A stretch of 64,000 nt of DNA from Octopus sinensis (taxonomy: Eukaryota), in assembly GCF_006345805.1 (NCBI RefSeq), contig NC_043006.1, positions 56,668,001 through 56,732,000 on the forward strand, in the 5' to 3' direction. The notes under the pieces are model-generated. The model saw only the letters and a program-made list of their open reading frames with translations. It made no database searches and was not told the origin of the DNA. Below, piece after piece: positions 1-12,885 of this stretch. A program made the position numbers and the translations under genes. How positions within the stretch are numbered: position 1 is the stretch's first letter; the number at the start of each line of letters is the position of its first letter.

Positions 1-124
1 TATATATATATATATATATTATAATTTAGTTAATCCAAACACAACCACGCGAAGACATGAACAAGTATAGTGTTATTGGCGCTCAGGAAAGGAAAGAAAA
101 AAGGAATATATATGTTGGTGGGTA

Positions 125-745
125 CAGGGTGATTGAAAAGTAACTTCTTCTATTTTAAAATACTTATAATTTATTTTTAACTATCCCTTTTTCCTCAAAT
201 TTCTTGTGCTTCCTTTAATGAATGGGAATTGATTCTATGTTGTTTTATTTTTCAGATCGATTATTTTGTTTGAAATTTAGAAGCCCTACAGCATGATTGG
301 ATGTCTTACTGTGCAGGAGTGTGGTGCCCAAATACAGCACGTTACGAAGTTGAAAGATCAGTTGTTCAAGTGCAAATATGGTGGAGGACCGTTAGAGAAA
401 ACATGCTCAAGTTGATGCAAAGCCGATCAAGAACTGTCCATTCAAAAACTCATGACCACAGGATCTGTAGCTGATACTCGAAAAGTGGTCGTCTTTCCAA
501 TCCGTCGAGGTCCGCATGATTGGCCAACCAGAGGCCTTGATTTAATACTCTGCAACGTTTTTTTCCTTTGGGATTGGTTAAGGAGCAGTCTACTCTACTC
601 TGCCAAACCAACGACTTTGGAAGAACTTGAAAGGTGAATACGAGAAGTTAAGTCTTCCATCTCACAAGCGTCCCTGATGAAATCAGTTGATACAGTTCCC
701 ACGCTGCTTCAGAATATGATGGTGCCTATATCAAATGTTAAATCA
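125..745 (+). mobile_element. Internally deleted Tc1/mariner-superfamily element (N-terminal HTH fused to transposase C-terminus)
   Basis: Starts TA|CAGGGTG. Broken frames give QVQRWWRTVR..KLMTTGSVADTR(R)SGR followed directly by GPHDWPTRGLDL..FLWDWL..VYSAKPTTLEELE, a WPxRSPDLxPxDFFLWG-type motif. The catalytic middle is missing and the right end is lost in (CT)n. Confidence 0.8.
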
Positions 746-879
746 GACTCTCTCCTCTCTCTCTCTCTCCCTTCCTCTCTCCTCTCTCTCTCTCTATCCA
801 TCTTCTCTCTCTCTCTCTATCTCTCTCTCTCTTTATCTCTATATTATATATATTTATATTAATACATATATACATATTT

Positions 880-1085
880 CGCCCATGGAGATCGCTAGCC
901 ACTACACATTCTTTTTTTCTCTACTTATTTCCTTCTGTGTTCCCTTCTGTGGAAGAGCGTAGGCTCAAAACGTTAAAGACTTTTTCAGTTCCCGCGCGTT
1001 ATACTAATACATCTGTTTGTTGTCTACACCACCTGTCTTCGTCTTTTGTTTTGTGTTTTTTTGTGATTTCTCTACAAATATATAC
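880..1085 (+). repeat. Dispersed repeat, probably a Penelope-like element terminus
   Basis: gatcgctagccactacac...ggaagagcgtaggctc(g/a)aaacgttaaagac...gtctacaccacc recurs at 2710-2915 (+), 3127-3305 (-) and 38625-38795 (+). It carries a degenerate hammerhead-like GAAGAG-cgtagg-CTC-GAAAC motif. Confidence 0.55.
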
Positions 1086-1091
1086 ATAATA

Positions 1092-1154
<63 letters not shown>

Positions 1155-1187
1155 GTGTGTGTGTGTGTGTGTGTGTATACAATAACT

Positions 1188-1552
1188 GATGGGTTGAGGT
1201 TCACAACAGCTGTTTCAGGCGTGTTCTTTATTGATGAACAGAATGTGACGTGTTCTTTATTATGTTACATAATGCGAAAAAAAAAAAGGAAATCTTCTGG
1301 TGAATTAAGAGTAAAACTTAACACTTGGGATTCCTCCCAAAAAGTGAACATTGCGTAAATTAACCCCCCATCAAGGTTACGAGTGGAATCTAGGCTGGAG
1401 GTCAACTTATGTTCTATTTTTGTGAGGAATCCTAAGTGCTAAATTTTACTCTTAACTCACCTGAAGAAAACGAGGGGGATTTGTATGATGTAAAACTTTT
1501 GCTCATCAATAGAAAATGCGTCTGAAACAGCTGTAATGAAGCTCAACCTATC
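1188..1552. mobile_element. MITE/foldback-type element with long imperfect inverted repeats
   Basis: 1188-1245 (gatgggttgaggttcacaacagctgtttcaggcg...) pairs with 1500-1552. An inner pair, 1295-1350 with 1405-1468, is also inverted. No ORF. Confidence 0.65.
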
Positions 1553-1869
1553 TGCGTTGTTTATTCATCACCTAACTCACAACCTTCATGCTCTGAACCT
1601 GGAGCCTTTAGTCGACTGTGGAATACGTACCGAGTGTGTACCCCGTGTGACTGTGAGTACACTTATGTGTGCATAACTGGAAAAATAAATACGTATTTAC
1701 TTTAGTATACAAGTATATTACAACACACATTGCTAGTGCATTGGAGCGCTATCCCCGACTCTACCTTGGTGTATTTTACTATTCAAATACCTGATGCTAT
1801 CGGCAACTGAACATTTTATTATTATTATATATATATATATTATATATATAATATATATATTATATATAT

Positions 1870-1903
<34 letters not shown>

Positions 1904-1999
1904 GTTAATCCAAACACAACAACGCGAAGACATGGAACAAGTATAGTGTTATTGGACGCTCAGGAAAGGAAAGAAAAAAGGAATATATATGTGTGTGTA

Positions 2000-2612
2000 C
2001 AGGGTGATTGAAAAGTAACTTCCTATTTTAAAATACTTATAATTTATTTATTAACTATCCCTTTTTCCTCAAATTTCTTGTGCGTCCTTTAATGAATGGG
2101 AATTGATTCTATGTTGTTTTATTTTTCAGATCGATTATTTTGTTTGAAATTTAGAAGCCCTACAAGCATGATTGGATGTCTTACTGTGCAGGAGTGTGCC
2201 CAAATAGCAGCACGTTACGAAGTTTGAAGATCAGTTGTTCAAGTGCAAAGATGGTGGAGGACCGTTAGAGAAAGACATGCTCAAGTTGATGCAAAGCCGA
2301 TCAAGAACTGTCATTCAAAACTCATGACCACAGGATCTGTAGCTGATACTCGAAGAAGTGGTCGTCTTTCCAATCCGTCGAGGTCCGCATGATTGGCCAA
2401 CCAGAGGCCTTGATTTAATACTCTGCAACGTTTTTCCTTTGGGATTGGTTAAAGGAGCAAGTCTACTCTGCCAAACCAACGACTTTGGAAGAACTTGAAA
2501 GGTGAATACGAGAAGTTAAGTCTTCCATCTCACAAGCGTCCCTGATGAAATCAGTTGATACAGTTCCCACGCTGCTTCAGAATATGATGGTGCCTATATC
2601 AAATGTTAAATC
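2000..2612 (+). mobile_element. Second copy of the deleted Tc1/mariner element (part of a local duplication)
   Basis: Near-identical to 125-745, offset 1875 bp, differing mostly by 1-bp indels. Confidence 0.8.
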
Positions 2613-2613
2613 A

Positions 2614-2702
<89 letters not shown>

Positions 2703-2932
2703 TACATATTTCGCCATGAGAGATCGCTAGCCACTACACATTCTTTATTTTCTCTACTTATTTCCTTCTGTGTTCCCTTCTGGAAGAGCGTAGGCTCAAA
2801 ACGTTAAAGACTTTTTCAGTTCCCGCGCGTTATAACTAATACATCTGTTTGTTGTCTACACCACCTGTCTTCGTCTTTTGTTTTTTGTGTTTTTTTGTGA
2901 ATTCTCTACAATATATACATACATATATATAT

Positions 2933-3012
<80 letters not shown>

Positions 3013-3042
3013 TGTATATATATATATTATATGTATATATGT

Positions 3043-3075
<33 letters not shown>

Positions 3076-4033
3076 GCATGTATGTATGTATGTATGTATG
3101 TATGTATGTATGTATGTGTGTATGTATAAGGAGAATTCACAAAAGAAACAAAAGATGAAGCAGGTGGCGTAGACAACAAACAGATGTATTAGTTTAACGG
3201 TAGAGAAGTGAAAAATCCTTTAACATTTCGAGCCTATGCTCTTCCACAGAAAGGAACACAGAAAGAAACAAGGAGAGAAAATAAAGAATGTGTAGTGGCT
3301 AGCGAGTTTGCTTGTTGCTTGGTGATTTAGGCAAAGTTCTATACGAATATCGTAAATAATGTCTTAGATTACTCCCAAAGCAGAAAAACGACACACTTTT
3401 CAATTCGTTCCAGTCACTGGCTCACAGACACACTGTTAATTCTTCCTTCCTCTTTAACTGTAACAATATTTACTTTTGCTCTCCAGAACTAACTCACCCC
3501 GCGACGTATATATTTTAGCATTTTTACTCCTACACCAGTCCCACCCTCATCCATTACTGTGTTTTGTCTCCCGGTCTTGCAGGAGACATAGTTTTTCTTT
3601 TATTCCTAGTAACCTTCTGGAAGAGTTATTTAGGATGAAGATGATATATTTTAAACACATCGGATAGAATATAGAGCAATGTACTGATATTCATCCTTAT
3701 TTATGTAACTACAAAAGAAAGAGATAGAATTTTTTTCTTCAAACGGGTCAAGGTATTTCGAAGATTACTTTATTGGTTAGAATAAATCAGATATTCAAAT
3801 GACACACGAATCAACTGTGTCCATTTATTTCTTTATTTGTTTTATTCATTCTGGACCGCTACCTTCGGACATTTTCATTAATTATATCGATTTCAGTATT
3901 TATTTCACCAGATATTTACTTTATCGAATCGCTATGTTCCCTTTATTGGCGTAAGACCAGTTTGGTATCAAAAAGTTTTAGGACTTGTTATGCTTATTAA
4001 AAAAAAAAAAAATTTTTCACTTAAATTTTAACA

Positions 4034-4870
4034 TTAAGTAATACACTGGTCCCAGCTTTCCCGCCACATTTGGAATCCGGCCTGGAAGTTCTTTTCCGTA
4101 AGCGATTCGCTCTGGATCTTGAAAATAGTGTTAAAACGACGACCTCGGATAGTGTTAAATAGTGTTAAAACGATGATCTCGAAAATAGTGTTAAAACGAC
4201 GACCTTTGGGCTTCATTTTTATCTTGGGGAAGAGATAGAAGTCCGTAGGTGCTAAATCTGGCGAATAGGGGTGCGGAAGCGATACTATGTTGTTTTGGGC
4301 GAGAAACTCACGAGTGAAGAGAGCTCGGTGACAGGGTGCAATATTGTTATGAAGAATTCAATTCTTCGCGCCCCCCAGATCCGGTCGCTTTCACCAAATG
4401 TCCCCCCTCAAAACGCTTCCAAACGTCGCAGTAGAACTCACGATTGACATTCTAACCCGGAAGGAGGGGCGCGAATTCTCGATGCTCAATACCATATTTC
4501 TGGGAGTGACACTCGTGGGGGATCTTTCAGATCGTTCATCGCCTTCCAGAGATGTTCTCCAGCTTTTGAAGCGCTCGTGCCTCTTGAAACATTGTGTACG
4601 ACCCGTCGCCGTAAGCTTGCCGAAGCATGCTCAACATCTCTGTACTAGAGTTCCCAAATTTAATGCAAAACATCACGTTGGCTTTTTGTTCTTGTCCATG
4701 TCAAAATCGCAGACTACAGCATACACGTGATCACGAAAATACAAATCTCATAACTTGCGAAGTAAACACAGCGATCTCTCTCGGCCCACTGCCTGATTAA
4801 GGCCACTGCTAGCTCTCGCTGCGCACGCAAGTGTGTGCTGCCATCTGTTGGCGCACTACAGAACTAGTCC
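4034..4870 (-). mobile_element. Degenerate, internally deleted mariner (DD34D-type) transposon
   Basis: Minus frames give MLSMLRQAYGD..ERFKSWRTSLEGDER, ILHNNIAPCHRALFTREFLAQNNIVSLPHP-YSPDLAPTDFYLFPKIK and FQAGFQMWRESWDQCI, which are mariner HTH, HDNA-like and YSPDLAP motifs. It has stops, frameshifts and an internal tandem duplication at 4121-4205. Confidence 0.85.
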
Positions 4871-4871
4871 G

Positions 4872-5287
4872 GGCGAGCTGGCAGAAACGTTAGCAAGCCG
4901 GGCGAAATGCTAAGCGGTATTTCGTCTACCGTTACGTTCTGAGTTCAAATTCCGCCGAGGTCGACTTTGCCTTTCACCCTTTCGGGGTCGATAAATTAAG
5001 TTCCAGTTTACGCACTGGGGTCGATATAATCGACTTAATCTGTTTGTCTGTCCTTGTTTGTCCTCTCTGTGTTTAACCCCTTGTGGGTAGTAAAGAAATG
5101 GGTATTTCGTCTGCCGCTACGTTCTGAGTTCAAATTCCGCCGAGGTCGACTTTGCCTTTCAACCTTTCGGGGTCGATTAAATAAGTACCAATTACGCACT
5201 GGGGTCAATGTAATCGACTTAATCCGTTTGCCTCTCCTTGTTTGTCCCCTCTATGTTTAGCCCCTTGTGAGCAATAAAGAAATAAGA
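4872..5287 (+). mobile_element. tRNA-derived SINE (family B) with a tandem partial second copy
   Basis: Head ggcgagctggcagaaacgttagc with B-box gagttcaaattcc; tail tgtttagccccttgtgggtagtaaagaaat. 5100-5287 repeats the 3' two-thirds. Degenerate relatives lie near 51370-51770. Confidence 0.8.
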
Positions 5288-5356
5288 ACTTATGCAGGAA
5301 CTTTTTGACACCACTTGGTATACCATTAAACACCTATCCACGTGCATTTATATATG

Positions 5357-5393
<37 letters not shown>

Positions 5394-6171
5394 ATGAGTA
5401 TGTGTGTGTGCGCGCGTATGAGTGTGTGCATGTGTGTGTGCATGTCTGAGTGCGTGCGAGTGTGTGTACGGAGAGAGAGTGAAAAGAAATGGAGTAACAA
5501 CCACAAAAAATGGTAGCAAAGTTTGAGGTGAGAAGGAAAGAAACATACGAAACAGGGAATACCAGGTAGTGTTAATGAGACGAAAACTCGTGCATTGAAC
5601 TGTAGAAATACAGAGCGGAAAATGAACAAAGTAATGTACAATGAAGTTTAATAAGTCAAAAGAATAAAAGATAGAATCGAATCGGACGTTTCGGGTAATG
5701 CCCTTTATCAAAAGAAGGCAAAAGAATACAAAAGTAAGTAAGAGTAAGTAAAAGAAAACGTTGTACGATGAAAAAAAATAAGATGACCATTCACACGGCG
5801 GGCTTCGACACAGTTTTCATCATTCAAATTTCAATCATATGGCATAAGACAAATCAAAGCTGCAATTGAAGACACTTTGTAAATGTGTCACGCAGTGGGA
5901 TCTAAATCCGAACCACGTATATGTGAAACGACCTTATGAACCTATACATATAAATTATAGAAATTCATTTTCTAGCAAATCGCTGATATCAAAAAGGTGG
6001 GACATTTGTGTCATGCAAAAGGTACGAACTCGCAAGAATATATTTGATTTTACAGTTTACCTTAATAGAACGACAAGCCGACAGAATCAGCATTTTGTCA
6101 TCCAGTTAGTTACCTTTACAACGTCAATGTCACCACCTGCGTCTTGTCAAACAAGGTATTCGTTTATTCTC

Positions 6172-6385
6172 TTATTCTTTTATTCTTTCATTTGCTTCAG
6201 TCATTTGACTGCGGCCATGCTGGAGCACCGCCTTAAAGGGATTGTTTTTAGTCGAAGAAATTGACACCAAGACTTATTCTTTGGAAACCTAGTACTTATT
6301 CTATCGGTCTTTTTTTGCCGAACCGCTAAGTTACAGGGACGTAAACACACCAACATCGGTTGTCAAGCGATGGTGGGGAACAAAC
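6172..6385 (-). mobile_element. 3' half of the composite SINE (family A)
   Basis: Reverse complement of aacatcgcttgacaaccgatg...gcggtgctccagcatggccgcagtcaaatgactgaa, as seen at 19890-20105. Confidence 0.8.
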
Positions 6386-6394
6386 ACTGACACG

Positions 6395-6680
6395 AAGACA
6401 CACATATGTGACCGACCAGACATCGCTGGTCACAATGCGTTCGCATTGTTTTAGCCTTCGAATGACGCCACCCCGCTGGCTAAGCGAGCAGGCCAACAGA
6501 AGAAAGAGTGGGAGAAAGAGTGGTGAAAGAGTACAGCAGGGATCACCACCCCCTGCCGGAGCCTCGTGAACTTTTAGGTGTTTTCGCTCAATAAACACAC
6601 ACAACGTCCGGTCTGGGAATCGAAACCGCGATCCTGCGACCGCGAGTCCGCTGCCCTAACCACTAGGCCATTGCGCCGCC

Positions 6681-6682
<2 letters not shown>
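6395..6682 (-). mobile_element. tRNA-derived SINE (family C)
   Basis: Minus strand ggcgcaaTGGCCTAGTGGttagggcagcggactcgcggtcgcaggatcgcGGTTTCGATTCCcagacc contains A and B boxes. Its tail recurs at 41995-42117 and 42833-42955. Confidence 0.75.
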
Positions 6683-6717
<35 letters not shown>

Positions 6718-6767
6718 ATATAATATATATATATGTTGTGTGTGTGTGTGTGTGGTGTGTGTGTGTG

Positions 6768-6818
<51 letters not shown>

Positions 6819-6828
6819 GTATATGTAT

Positions 6829-6862
<34 letters not shown>

Positions 6863-6873
6863 ATGTATATGTA

Positions 6874-6910
<37 letters not shown>

Positions 6911-6992
6911 ATATGTATAATATATATATGTATATATATATATATGTATATGTATATATATATATTATATGTATATATATATATATATATGT

Positions 6993-7078
<86 letters not shown>

Positions 7079-7080
7079 AT
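6683..7080. repeat. (TA)n/(TG)n compound microsatellite (representative of many)
   Basis: Directly visible. Similar tracts lie at 1095-1175, 9150-9300, 13883-14190, 18960-19120 (CCAT/TACA), 42900-43800, 51810-51910 (TTA) and 56060-56180. Confidence 0.98.
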
Positions 7081-9148
7081 AAAATAAAAAAAATTAACAA
7101 ACTAAAGTACTGCCAACAGCAACACACACATTCGACGGCTATCGCACTGCTTGAATCCAAAAAATATAACCTCCAACAATGCATGAAGACCCTCATCAAT
7201 AACCAAAGATCAGCTGAGGAGAAGTGGGCCATTGAAAAAATCAAACTCAACCCCAAAGTGTTCTTTTCATTTGCGAGGAAACGCAGGGTCACTGTCTCCA
7301 CTGTTGTCCCTCTAATTGATGAAACTGGCACTCTCCAAGATAATGCCAAATCCATGGCCGAGATACTGCAGAAACAATACTGCTCTGTTTTCAGCAATCC
7401 TGATATGGCCGATCTGGGCTGTATCAGCGATGTCAACCCCCAACACACTATATCGGACATAACGTTTAGTGCCCCTGATGTCTTAGCGGCGATAAATGAA
7501 ATAAAACACAATTCAGCAGTAGGCCCCGATAGGTTCCCTGCTTGTTTCCTGAAGGTGTGTCGACACCAACTTGCATCTCCCCTTGCTAATCTGTGGAGAA
7601 ACTCACTGGATGCTGGCTATATTCCAAAAAACCTTCTGTCCCAGTCTGTTGTCCCAGTTTTTCAAAAAGGGAAACAAGTCCCTTGCAGTGAACTACCGTC
7701 GATCTCACTCACACCTCTCATATCATCAAGGTATTTGAGAGGGTGGTTGAGATCTCGAATAACCCAATTTCTGGAAAGCAGCAGACGGCTGATCTCTAAC
7801 CAACATGGGTTCCGTAATGGAAGGGACTGCCTAACGCAGCTCCTGCATCACTTTGATGACATTTTGAGAGCTTTGGGAGAGGGCTCCAACACCGATGTCA
7901 TCTACCTTGATTTCAGTAAGGCCTTCGACAGTGTTGATCACAAGATCCTATTGAAAAAACTATCCAACATTGGTGTCTCTGGAAAGTTACTGAAATGGAT
8001 CAAGTGTTTCCTGACAGACAGATCTCAACATGTTGTAGTTGAAGGGGTAAAATCAAGCCCAGCCAAAGTCAGTAGTGGCGTTCCGCAAGGCACTGTGCTG
8101 GGCCCACTTCTTTTCATCATCTACATTAATGACATTAATGACACCATCAAGCACAGCAACATAAAAATCTTTGCAGATGATTCCAAGGTACAGAAGGTCA
8201 TAAATGAGGCGAGTGACCGGACATGCCTTCAGTCAGATCTACTGGCTGTTATCCAATGGGCAGAAAAAAACAATATGCTGCTGAACGAGGATAAATTTGA
8301 GTTAATCCACTTTGGAAAAGAGGATGCCCTGAAACTCCCATACTCCCTTCCTTCAGGTGAAACTCTCGTGGCATCCAACAACATCAGAGACTTGGGAGTA
8401 ATTGTGGACAACAACATAAGCTGGGCCACTCATATAAACACCAAAGTTGACATGGCCCGCAGAATGTGTTCCTGGATTCTCAGAACTTTCCAGTCGAGAG
8501 ATATCCACACCATTATCCTTCTCTTCTCCACTTTTGCCCGACCCCACCTTGAATACTGTTGTCCACTGTGGTCTCCCCACACAAAACAAAGTATCATAAA
8601 AGTTGAAGCACCTCAAAGGGCAATCACAAAAAAGATAGATGGCATGACAGGCCTCGACTATTGGGGTCGACTAGAAAAGCTAAAACTTTATTCTCTCCAA
8701 CGTCGTCGTGAGCGCTACATCATCTGCATGATGTGGAAAATATTCCATCAGCATTGCCCAAATGATGTTGGCATCACCTTTAAGGTACATCCAAGGCTTG
8801 GGCCCCGTGCTATCCGCCCAAAACAAAAATCGCACTCTCATCTCATAACAACAATACGGCACAATTATTCCACCTCAATTGGCCCCGCTCTCTTTAACAT
8901 TACACCAAAACACATTAAAACAGAAACTGACCCTATAGGGTTCAAGAAGTCTTTGGACAGATTCCTTCAAGAAATCCCGGATAAACCCCCTACACCCGGA
9001 TATCTCTCTGTAAACAATAACTCTCTACTTGAGTGGGCCATAGTGCCAAAATTCTGACTTGAAAGACTTCACCAGGTGGTGCTATTAAGTTAGACATGGC
9101 CTGGGCCAATAATGGCCGAAACCTATCAAAGTAGCAAAGTATCAAAGT
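7081..9148 (+). mobile_element. 5'-truncated CR1/L2-group LINE inserted in (TA)n
   Basis: RT ORF plus a short 3' UTR with a GGCC hairpin and an 8-bp tandem tail (tcaaagta-gcaaagta-tcaaagta). (TA)n lies on both sides. Confidence 0.85.
7183..9057 (+). CDS. Reverse transcriptase (ORF2, 5'-truncated) of a CR1/L2-group LINE
   Basis: 624-aa ORF with [55 protein letters not shown] and [11 protein letters not shown]. Net-zero indels near 7670-7755 scramble [26 protein letters not shown]. The endonuclease is absent. Confidence 0.93.
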   Translation: MKTLINNQRSAEEKWAIEKIKLNPKVFFSFARKRRVTVSTVVPLIDETGTLQDNAKSMAEILQKQYCSVFSNPDMADLGCISDVNPQHTISDITFSAPDVLAAINEIKHNSAVGPDRFPACFLKVCRHQLASPLANLWRNSLDAGYIPKNLLSQSVVPVFQKGKQVPCSELPSISLTPLISSRYLRGWLRSRITQFLESSRRLISNQHGFRNGRDCLTQLLHHFDDILRALGEGSNTDVIYLDFSKAFDSVDHKILLKKLSNIGVSGKLLKWIKCFLTDRSQHVVVEGVKSSPAKVSSGVPQGTVLGPLLFIIYINDINDTIKHSNIKIFADDSKVQKVINEASDRTCLQSDLLAVIQWAEKNNMLLNEDKFELIHFGKEDALKLPYSLPSGETLVASNNIRDLGVIVDNNISWATHINTKVDMARRMCSWILRTFQSRDIHTIILLFSTFARPHLEYCCPLWSPHTKQSIIKVEAPQRAITKKIDGMTGLDYWGRLEKLKLYSLQRRRERYIICMMWKIFHQHCPNDVGITFKVHPRLGPRAIRPKQKSHSHLITTIRHNYSTSIGPALFNITPKHIKTETDPIGFKKSLDRFLQEIPDKPPTPGYLSVNNNSLLEWAIVPKF

Positions 9149-9181
9149 ATATATATATGTATATATATATATATTATATAA

Positions 9182-9295
<114 letters not shown>

Positions 9296-9489
9296 TATAC
9301 AGAGAGAGAACCCGGTGTTGCTCGGGATTAAAATGGCATAGTTTGTTGAAACAGGTGATATGGGAAAGTGCAGCATTGACAACAAAACATTTGTGGAGTA
9401 AATGATGGGCTAATTCGCTCTTTTACAGCAGTCGGTGCTGTGTCTAACACATCCCATCATCTGAAATGTTGACATTTCCTTCGGGTTTG

Positions 9490-9845
9490 TTGTCCTACAT
9501 CACTCATAAAGTAAATTTGGAGGAACTGTGGTTGTTCATTTGTGGGTAACAGGGAACCAATAAGGTGACAGACTTGCCCTTGAACTTTGACGTCGTAAAT
9601 TCATGTTTAACTATCTTCTTTGATGCACCAAACGAACGATGTCATTTGCAGAGTTGTATTGTCTGGTTTTGTTCAGAAAATCCTTTGACTGAATGGAAAT
9701 GCCTTCTAGAAGATCCATAAAAGGTTGAGAAGGAGCTGGTAGTACTGGCAATTTTACCTGACCGCCTGAGCAGCACATACCATTTGTCTCATTTGAAATG
9801 TTGAAAGCTCTACAGAAAAGACAATTTGTGTTTAGCACACCAGTT
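9490..9845 (-). mobile_element. Helitron Rep/helicase N-terminal remnant
   Basis: CLFCRAFN..NETNGMCCSGGQVKLP..SKDFLNKTRQYNSA, then in another frame KVQGQVCHLIGSLLPTNEQPQFLQIYF. These are typical Helitron N-terminal motifs. Confidence 0.8.
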
Positions 9846-10612
9846 TGGACAGATTAATTATTTTTATAAGAATGGGATGGATCATATCTGGAAACAGTTT
9901 CAGGAGTTGTCAAGAACGAATTTGTACGTCTTTTCTTTGGTGCGATATTTTTCCCAATATTGTAAACAAAAAATTATGAACATAGAAAGAAATTATACAT
10001 TATTCCCTATTTTTGTAAACAGTTGTATCCGTAAAAATTGAAAGAAAATAATGCGAAAAAAAAAAAAAAGAAAGAAAGTGAAAGATGTATGTACATCTAT
10101 ATGAAATGGACGTGTGTGTATGTGTGTGTGTATGTGTGTGTGTGTGCGTGCTTGCGCGTGTGTATGTGAGAGAGAAAGAGGGTGAGAAGGAGAGATAGAG
10201 TGAAGGTGTGTGTCGTGATGATTGACGTCTTTTAAGGTACACACACACACACAGAAAATGTGACGCCATCGTATAAAATTTTTACGATAGTTGATTTATG
10301 GAAACGGTTATGTTAAATTTTTGAAATGCAACTATGTGAATGAAAATTAAGTTTAAATTGTTGCCAAAATAGTATTGAATCTTTTGATAACCTATACGTC
10401 AAAATCTAAAACTCTGTTTTGGACAGCATAAGGAATATATAATATCAATGAGTCAGACCTAGAAGAAATGGTAGCAAGACCTAGTAGAAATAGCAGCCAA
10501 ATCTCCCTCAAAGGACCCTACTGTCTTAATCCGACAATTCTGCCTATTATGTAGTTTCAATGAGAAACTATATCCAAAGATTAAGATTATTAACCCCACA
10601 GAGAGAGGAAAG

Positions 10613-10925
10613 ATCATCATCATTGTTCGACTGTGGTCGAGACAATGGAATTTACCATGCTACGCCAGACTTCACGGTCCATCATGTCATTACGGAGGTC
10701 CTGTTGCTGGATGCCTGTATCTCTGGAGATTACATCAGGGTAGGAGAGTGTGCGCCCTCTGGTATTGCGAGTAGATGGCTTCCAGAGGAGAAGAGTAGAA
10801 ATTACTTCTTTTTCAGCTCTACAACAATGTCCAGCAAACTGAAGAGAGACAGCATAGCAACGGTTTTGGCTGACTGTCATCCTGTACTCCCCTTGTTGCT
10901 AGCGAAATGGTATGTGCCGGCTGCC
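10613..10925 (-). mobile_element. 3' end fragment of an RTE-type LINE
   Basis: LQFAGHCCRAEKEVISTLLLWKP..RGRTLSYPDVISRDTG..DL..MMDREVWR followed by a (GAT)n tail. Confidence 0.75.
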
Positions 10926-11041
10926 TGAGCAACTGGTTGTTTTAATGGCGGAACAAACAGGACATAAAGATTACAAAAATAGCGATTGTCACTTTGTTGG
11001 CAGAAAATGCACTGAGTAGACTCAGTGTTTCAGACAGGTTG

Positions 11042-11345
11042 AAGGACGCGTGGCTAAGTGGTTAGGTGTATTCGGCTCACGGTCGTATATTCGTGAGTTC
11101 GATTCCCGGCTGCGATTTGTATCCTTGAGCAAGGCACTTTACTTCAAGTTGCTCCAGTTCACTCAGCTGGCAAAAATGAGTAGTACCTGTATTTCACACT
11201 CTGTGTCACGCTGAATCTCCCTGAAAACTACTTTAAGGGCACTCGTGTTTGTGGAGTGCTCAGCCACTTGCATTTTAATCTCACGAGCAGACTGTTCCGC
11301 TGATCATATGAACTGGAATCCTCGTCGTCGTAACCGACGGACTGC
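11042..11345 (+). mobile_element. tRNA-derived SINE (family D)
   Basis: gcgTGGCTAAGTGGttagg...GAGTTCGATTCCc has A/B boxes, followed by ccttgagcaaggcactttacttc...actcagctggcaaaaatgagt. Confidence 0.7.
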
Positions 11346-11627
11346 CAGTAGCAGTATGTCTCAAACAGGTTCAAAGATCTCATTTTGTACTGCTTTAACA
11401 TGCGTTGTCTGAAAGACTGTTGGCTCCATTACATCAAATGACGCGAGCTCATGTATGGAAATATCAATGGAAGCACCATTTCAGTGATACTTTTATTTTC
11501 ATTTGCTTTGAACGTGCAGCTAAAATCAACCGAGATACAGTTCTTAGGATCGCACATTAAATTTTATGTCAGGCTTTTAGGCATCAGGACTATTAGGCAT
11601 GACTCAACATCTGAGCTGGGGATGAAA

Positions 11628-11775
11628 GTATGGGGAAGAAAAAATTGGCATCGTCGTGTTATCGAATACCCACAGAAAAAGAGTCTATCCTCCAAGGATA
11701 TTCATCCTGACATGGTGGCTACATTCCAGTTTTATCGACAGTACAAAAGTGGGCAGCTGAATTTAGGAAGGGAGA
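11628..11775 (+). mobile_element. mariner transposase N-terminal remnant
   Basis: WHRRVIEYPQKKSLSSKDIHPDMVAT, then frameshifted STVQKWAAEFRKG (mariner HTH). Confidence 0.7.
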
Positions 11776-12638
11776 AAAACAATAAACATAAATTGTGATA
11801 TTGCATTCCATACATTATAGTCTCTGTATGCCGGAGAACCAAGTATGGTCTCAAACAAAAGGCAGGGCATATATGAAGCAACGAATATATGACTCGAGTG
11901 CCGCAAAGAAGACAACTTATTAAACTTGACTGATTCTTTTTGTTACTTGCTGTTGTTTAACCTCCGATCACTTCTCATTTATCAAGCTTATGATCAAAGA
12001 CTTCCCAGTCGTGATTATTCTATCCTTTTTTTTTTTTCCTTTTTTATACATAACAAAGACGCATTAACCAATGATTCATTCCGTTTTCATTTTTATTTAT
12101 TTTTTTTTTTTTTTTCAAGATGGTAAGGTGTGATTTGTATGAGATTTGGCAGGTATGAACAAAAGAAAAACTGGTACAGCAGCCCTATAAATTTTTCGGA
12201 ACAAGGGAAATAACTAGATTCCATTAAGTTATAGTTGTTTCCCTTGGATTAAAAATGCTGTTGTTGGATATATATTTTATATATGCTTATTTATAATATA
12301 CTGCATAGCACGTTGAAATGCAGAACCACGAACACTCATGTACGCACATAACCACGTAGACACAAATATACATACTCTCACGCATTCACAGACGCAATGT
12401 GTGTATAGGAAAATAAACAAGTTTCTTTTTTCACTGTAAATATTCGGAATAATGTGTGAACACGAAACACAGAAGCAACTATCTTCTAAAATTGTTTAAT
12501 TCTTTTACTATGTTAGTCACTGGATTGATGGAAACCCACAACGAAGAATTTCTTTCGTGTATTATGACATTGTTTAACACTTGTTTCTTAATTTTCTGTA
12601 TCGGCCTCGCATTGAAATGTCACGCAGTTTCATATATG

Positions 12639-12691
<53 letters not shown>

Positions 12692-12707
12692 ATAAATATA
12701 TATATAT

Positions 12708-12885
12708 AGTTAATCCAAACATGAAAACACAAAGAGAAAACACAACAACGCGAGGACGTGGGACAAGTATTGTATTATTGGACGCTCAGGAAAGAAGGAA
12801 AGAAGGAGGGTTTAACGTTTTGAGCGGAGCTCTTCGTCAGAAACATAGGAAAAGGAAAGATCCAAAGAAGGGAAGACGGAGGGAG
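12708..12885. repeat. Dispersed Penelope-like terminal repeat
   Basis: agttaatccaaac...aacaag..tattggacgctcaggaaag also occurs at 28-110, 1903-1985, 41250-41340 (rc) and 48550-48635 (rc). The minus strand has a degenerate hammerhead core CTGACGA-A-GAGC-tcc-GCTC-aAAAC. Confidence 0.55.

Noticed and set aside
660-700. CTGATGA at 674-680 (and 2542-2548) as a hammerhead core
   Set aside because: It lies within transposase coding remnant, with no GAAAC or pairing stems.
6578-7087. Long YI/IY/CV/HT-rich ORFs here and across the window
   Set aside because: They are translations of (TA)n, (TG)n, (CA)n and (TATG)n microsatellites, which lack stops in some frames.
8229-8862. Antisense ORFs over the LINE RT and opposite-strand ORFs over 14551-17542
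   Set aside because: They are shadow ORFs of GC-richer coding sequence with no motifs of their own.
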